Below, piece after piece: positions 61,601-64,000 of a stretch of 64,000 nt of DNA. The stretch's first letter is position 1. The number at the start of each line of letters is the position of its first letter. This DNA comes from Amphiscolops sp. MND2022. Lineage: Eukaryota. The position numbers were made by a program, and so were the translations under genes. The notes below the pieces were generated by a model. That model was not told the origin of the DNA. It saw nothing but the letters and a program-made list of their open reading frames with translations, and made no database searches. Where the stretch lies: positions 54,188,001 to 54,252,000 of the forward strand of contig OZ076418.1 in assembly GCA_964187785.1 (NCBI GenBank), given 5' to 3'.

Positions 61601-61919
61601 GAGCCATTGTCGTGGTTTTGTCGTGACAAGCCATTGCATTTTTGAGCCATTGGTCTAGGTCTTCGATAGTTTTCTGAGGATCATTAGTGTTTGGGGCAAG
61701 GTCTCTCAGTTGGTTGTTAGTAGTAATAGCCTTTTGCAACTTCTCTTCGGCGCGTCCTAAAAGGCTTTCGACCTTGGTTTTTCGTTTGGTATCTGAAGTG
61801 AGCACAGATTCGATGTCTTCATACGTATTTCTGAGCTCATTCTCAAATCTATCACGGGTTTTGAACAGCCTGGAAGCTGTTTCAAGCAATGATTCCGGTT
61901 TAGAACTACACGCTTCCAT
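55629..61919 (-). CDS. BEL/Pao Gag-Pol polyprotein (2096 aa from ATG 61919)
   Basis: KYDGDPLSW (DUF1759-like gag), three Cys/His knuckles, LCDTGS protease, YMDDYLDS RT, LHMFGD RNase H, GVDYFGP / SDNGTNF / GSWER integrase; no stops; ends inside the 3' LTR. Confidence 0.96.
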   Translation of the reverse strand: MEACSSKPESLLETASRLFKTRDRFENELRNTYEDIESVLTSDTKRKTKVESLLGRAEEKLQKAITTNNQLRDLAPNTNDPQKTIEDLDQWLKNAMACHDKTTTMARDYLDGTSEKATEDAESVPSHKSIGSRSHKNSQPSSRSASMTSSQRRRALEATKLRAQEAERQTAAAMQLEKDRFDLRLKEIAEEKRRKLNELKIDEMELADDSSVANDVNLAPLGVNDEDGGTGNLTADWVHSIVNQTEREMGVPLPTDVVPPASRGLDQATSSILDNVKPTTHIEDNLNQFADNATTDQSNVIDNTIVPSLQQHLNFNSEAVTELRPYVFGSTAISTSHSQQRPNFNGQSSLLTNSYVPKMSLWVNNHVAATTSSSLTTTRPAPIFTACTNTNVVSTTAVFPPRAQGSVHYGSSPFPTQTLVLPNTEPISAPTGHLTPFGASTVNVAQPGVTMQNLFEALKSNRKGPLPEWTLSKYDGDPLSWHEWSGQFKSAIDSANLTDDEKLTYLKTLVTGKAKLAIADVAYSGRFYRDSLKTLERKFGQPQVVVGAYFDKLASYTPVKIHSSEQIIDFANFIAGIIGVFRSLNYENDLRGAAMLNQAVYKLPPNLREQWSMHTVVKDMLRPTLIDFNDWLKQKAEAHERMNVSGTSKPKAEESKVKSNSKSFSATAAATGSTLSTTPRHARRTNPEGQFLPCPCCKGKHPLWKCDEFKAKTPTQRAKLAADNNFCFRCVNGVHRASECGKDIQCTSPDCQNPRQHNTLLHGASRIYPLRQKKSSSPKLNNAASATVSSGSKSTCSYAATDIDTRGLIPVVLVNVSSRCGSAEVLALCDTGSVHSWVSDRLAKTLSLTGSPSKVALSGILSNQEVITERVEVVVSSLYANPPFSFDLKPFTKSLTLGKELIDIPELQKQHPHLAPIPPIVYNYSDIQLIIGQDAYYAIHPINAFKGDPMNDPWAVQLPLGWALCGATPERTSASFVSWYDLESYGSCVQADPRSAADKRANKILETTTVHDGERYSVGMLWATDNVTLPNNYYASLVQLKSLERRLEKDPELKSNYIKTVHDDLQKGYVIPVGEFSPEGRSSRDWYLPHHPVVNPNKPGKVRRVLNGASKFHGKSLNSCLLTGPDLLQDLLNVLLRFRQYQYAVSADIEGMFLQVGVPPPDQTCLRFLWREDPTQNVETLQYTRHIFGARDSPTCANFALQQTARDNEATYPLAAKAVQQKFYMDDYLDSVERPETALKLSQELIEMLKLGGFKLTKFISNVNDLSETLEPSLPVPQVKELIQHPTITSHVLGLKWDHKADTLNVSRGVKLKENRPNTQRTVLSTVSAVFDPLGIVAPFTVVARVLLKDIWKLKGQQWDDPLPEDLSRRFDDWCSGLPLLQDMTIPRAYFSSPVEEIELHMFGDCSKDIFCAVGFLRAKCQGSNFAHLSFVVGKARVAPMKPITIPKLELQAALLAAHLRQKILGALTFDVPQSFMWTDSSTVLQWLASADKQPVFVANRVAEILETTTIDQWFHVPTANNPADAGTRGLAATDLPSCCWVKGPNFLRTSDWPFEPEPSAIYTIKPTETCATDELQSNSLAAASPPNSPVIVWSNYSSYFKLIRIVAYLLRFSPRYRHFRSVNGKIEDPSELENAKKKLLYLSQVDSFPNDLLAAKGQNSGKPRLLSYSPFIGPDNLLRSQGRLRRLQDVGYDTKHPVLLDGKHPFIKLMLIYLHQSYHHLGFDYVRAQVSHKYIILKIRATLRTIRYQCIPCRKRDAAIVNPIMADLPKERLGYLEPAFSNCGVDYFGPFFVSIRRSLEKRWVFLFTCLTTRAIHLEIVSSMDTSACVAGIERFIARRGMPNVIWSDNGTNFVGAEKELLEVTRRWNDYAPAVLVCKGIRWKFNPPSAPHQGGSWERMVRSCKRVFYSILGNRRMTDETLNTTFCLVEQALNNRPLTPVSDDPNELEALTPNHFLLGRSFQALPSLVPGDEPDLRRRYTKAQAYANAIWVRWMKEYVPSLHKRGKWNKHSDISLKSGDLVWIVDSANPRGCYPLARITSLRYGADSVSRSAELRTSTGSLVRPLVKLAPVFGPTSSLGAEDVVDKQHKQVTTND

Positions 61920-61967
61920 TTTTGCTTCAAAATAAGTCAAAAAAAAAGAGCAAAAAAAAACGAGGAC

Positions 61968-62127
61968 TCTCAACTCAGTAGGCCACGACCGTCTTAAGCG
62001 GTCTATTGTCCGTTGAGAAGAGAGAACCTAGCCAAAACGAAACTGCGCGGGGCGGAGGTAATGATTCTCAAGTCCCAACTCGATAGGCCACGACCGTCTT
62101 AGGCGGTCTAGTGTCCAATGAGTTGGG
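61968..62127 (-). other. Two copies of a roughly 50-nt multi-stem hairpin between ORF0 and gag-pol
   Basis: Copies 61968-62018 and 62074-62127 share ggccac-gaccg-loop-cggtc-ta-(g/t)tgtcc and each has its own closing stem. Confidence 0.7.
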
Positions 62128-62219
62128 GCAAAAATCAACCAAAAGATATAAAGGCGCTAGAAAACAAAAAAAAACGGGCTGGATCGATAATTCGCTCTTA
62201 TCAAAAGGTGAGTTATTTT

Positions 62220-62819
62220 CTACAAGACTTTGGATTTCAGTCTCGCTCTTCTCTCCTTTGAAAGGCGTTTGGTTTTTGCTCTGAACCGGAGAAGACTTTT
62301 AAGGTTATTTTGATGACGAAGGATTGTTTCGAAAAGACGTTTTTCGCAACATACACTAGGGTGTACTTGTCCCAAATCGGACTGGACAGAACTATTTTGC
62401 CTTTTGAGGCGGGATATCAGGTGTCTGCGAACGTCCAAAATCAAAATTTTACTTTGGAAGAGTTTTCTAACGATGTTTATCCTTTCACTAGTGCGTTGCA
62501 GGTATAAAATTGCCGCGATGCGGTCTTTAAACTCAGCAAGTATGGGCAAAAGATCCTCGGCCGAACAGGGTTGGAAATTGTTGGTTGAATGTGCAGAGAC
62601 AGTGTTGCTAATGACCCCGTGCCAAATCACAATGTCCCGCCTACCTCGCAGGGGACCTTGCCTAAGCAAATTTTGTAAAATTTTCAACCTGTTGTTTGCT
62701 TTTGGATTAAAACTCAAGCCACCCACGGCGAAGATCTTTGGCCCGTACTGGCGTTTTTCCGCATAGGAAAATTTTCGAAACAACCCAGCGAGCCCGCTTG
62801 CGCCTATGATGTACACCAT
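62220..62819 (-). CDS. Extra upstream ORF0 (199 aa), SGNH/GDSL hydrolase-like
   Basis: Intact ATG-to-stop ORF inside the element; VYIIGAS (block I Ser), GGL (block II), IVIWHGVISN (block III), DLGQVHP (block V His), basic C-terminal tail. Confidence 0.6.
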   Translation of the reverse strand: MVYIIGASGLAGLFRKFSYAEKRQYGPKIFAVGGLSFNPKANNRLKILQNLLRQGPLRGRRDIVIWHGVISNTVSAHSTNNFQPCSAEDLLPILAEFKDRIAAILYLQRTSERINIVRKLFQSKILILDVRRHLISRLKRQNSSVQSDLGQVHPSVCCEKRLFETILRHQNNLKSLLRFRAKTKRLSKERRARLKSKVL

Positions 62820-63147
62820 CGACTAATCAAAATCAGTATCAAATCAAGGTCTGGTTACACTTTTGCGTCTGGTATTGTGACTATGCTTCGAAAAGATCAA
62901 AAGTGCTCAAGGATCTGACGCAAGTGTCAGAGAAATTTAAACAAAAGGAGGGGAAGGCGCTGATGCCTCAGAGTTTTAAGAAAAACATTATATAAGTTTT
63001 TTTTTTTTTCAGTTTAGTTTTTTTTTTTTCAAGTGTTTTACTCACGACCCCTCGAACGGGGTTGCCTTCTTCGTTACAGCACGGGAGACAGCCCAGCGAC
63101 TCCACACTCCGACCACACGACAGGCCCAGAAACAGCGGGTTCCAGGA

Positions 63148-63287
63148 ATATTCCCTCGACTGGAGGATGGATGGATATTCCCTCGATTGGAGGATGGATA
63201 TTCCCTCGATTGGAGGATGGATATTCCCTCGATTGGAGGATGGATATTCCCTCGATTGGAGGATGGATATTCCCTCGATTGGAGGAT
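63148..63287. repeat. Six copies of a 23-bp tandem repeat in the BEL 5' leader
   Basis: atattccctcgattggaggatgg at 63148, 63175, 63198, 63221, 63244, 63267; contiguous except a 4-nt insert after the first copy. Confidence 0.96.
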
Positions 63288-63310
63288 AGATAATTTGGGA
63301 GAACTTTTGG

Positions 63311-63330
63311 TATCCCGGGTCGCGGCACCA
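63311..63330 (-). promoter_or_regulatory. Primer-binding site, tRNA-His-like
   Basis: TGGTGCCGCGACCCGGGATA 3 nt inside the 5' LTR boundary; resembles the tRNA-His PBS TGGTGCCGTGAC. Confidence 0.75.
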
Positions 63331-64000
63331 GAATTTTACTGACGACAGTAAAAAGGAGTAAAAACTCGAAGAGTTAATTTGAAGCTATAGTCATATCAAA
63401 TGAAATAGTGGTCGTTTTCATGTATGGATTTACTGCACATGAGGTTTACAATTTCCGTATGAAGGTTTTTTTTGTGCTTTATTATTGAACACAGTCCGAA
63501 CCAGACGCGAAAATACCAGCCTGTTATGTAAGAGGTCAAAAGTTGTTGTCAATCATATTAGTTTTAGGGGTTTCATGCTCTAAAAGGAACTGTCAATCAT
63601 TAGTTGTCACTTGCTTATGTTGTTTGTCAACAACAGATTTTGTATGGCACTGTGGTAATTTGTTATGCTAAATTATGTTGTAGTATGGGTTGTATCAAAA
63701 TTATAAAATGTGTGTCTTGGTATTCTACTGTATTTATATTGGATGTAAAGTATTATGTACTTTAATGTATCTATAGTTTTGTATGTAGTATTTCTGGTGT
63801 TGTAGCTATACCCGTGGCCTTGTCTTGAGGAAAAAAAGAAGGGTGTGATAGATGAGAAAGTGTTGAGAAGATGTGTGGAGAAAATATAGAAAAGGACAAA
63901 TTTGTTTATGAAAGGTGTGCCAACTCTGATGGAGTTGATGCAAGCGGCTAGAACCAGAGTCTATACTAGCAGGAATCGCTGGATACTACTGTAAAGAAAC

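Larger units (their letters stand above)
55370..63635 (-). mobile_element. Intact BEL/Pao LTR retrotransposon (8.27 kb)
   Basis: Identical 302-bp LTRs (55370-55671, 63334-63635); TSD GATTT (55365-55369, 63636-63640); PBS at 63311-63330; PPT ggggggcggagga-like at 55672-55684; empty site near 52409-52414. Confidence 0.97.
51670..64000. repeat. Diverged tandem repeat, period about 2.95 kb; second unit split by the BEL element
   Basis: 51690-52760 matches 54630-55369 joined to 63641-64000; a further related piece lies at 1-560 in reverse orientation. Confidence 0.8.

Noticed and set aside
63148-63287. CRISPR array
   Set aside because: Repeats are contiguous with no unique spacers, there are no cas genes, and the context is a eukaryotic retroelement.

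Overview
Eukaryotic, AT-rich, transposon-dense DNA with GT-AG introns and no recognisable host gene; there is a 200-N scaffold gap at 35782-35981. Most of the window is a diverged inverted duplication: about 1-32480 versus 35982-52250. The duplicated unit is a mosaic of dead elements, including two different Polinton/Maverick-type remnants. One has A32-like ATPase, integrase, minor and major capsid, adenain-like protease and a nearby EGF-like pseudogene. Each arm carries private insertions whose empty sites are visible in the other arm. Arm 1 holds a hAT transposon (7009-24937, 8-bp TSD) interrupted by a 15.5-kb Ty3/Gypsy element (7872-23387, 1893-bp LTRs, 5-bp TSD). That element carries gag, pol and, on the antisense strand, a five-exon gene of about 1094 aa with four in-frame GT-AG introns that resembles a catalytically dead hAT transposase. 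Arm 2 holds a related solo LTR (41190-43359) and a HINE/DINE-like insert. The right end has an intact BEL/Pao element (55370-63635, identical 302-bp LTRs) with an extra SGNH-hydrolase-like ORF upstream of gag-pol. All family assignments are from motif recognition by eye; no searches were run.
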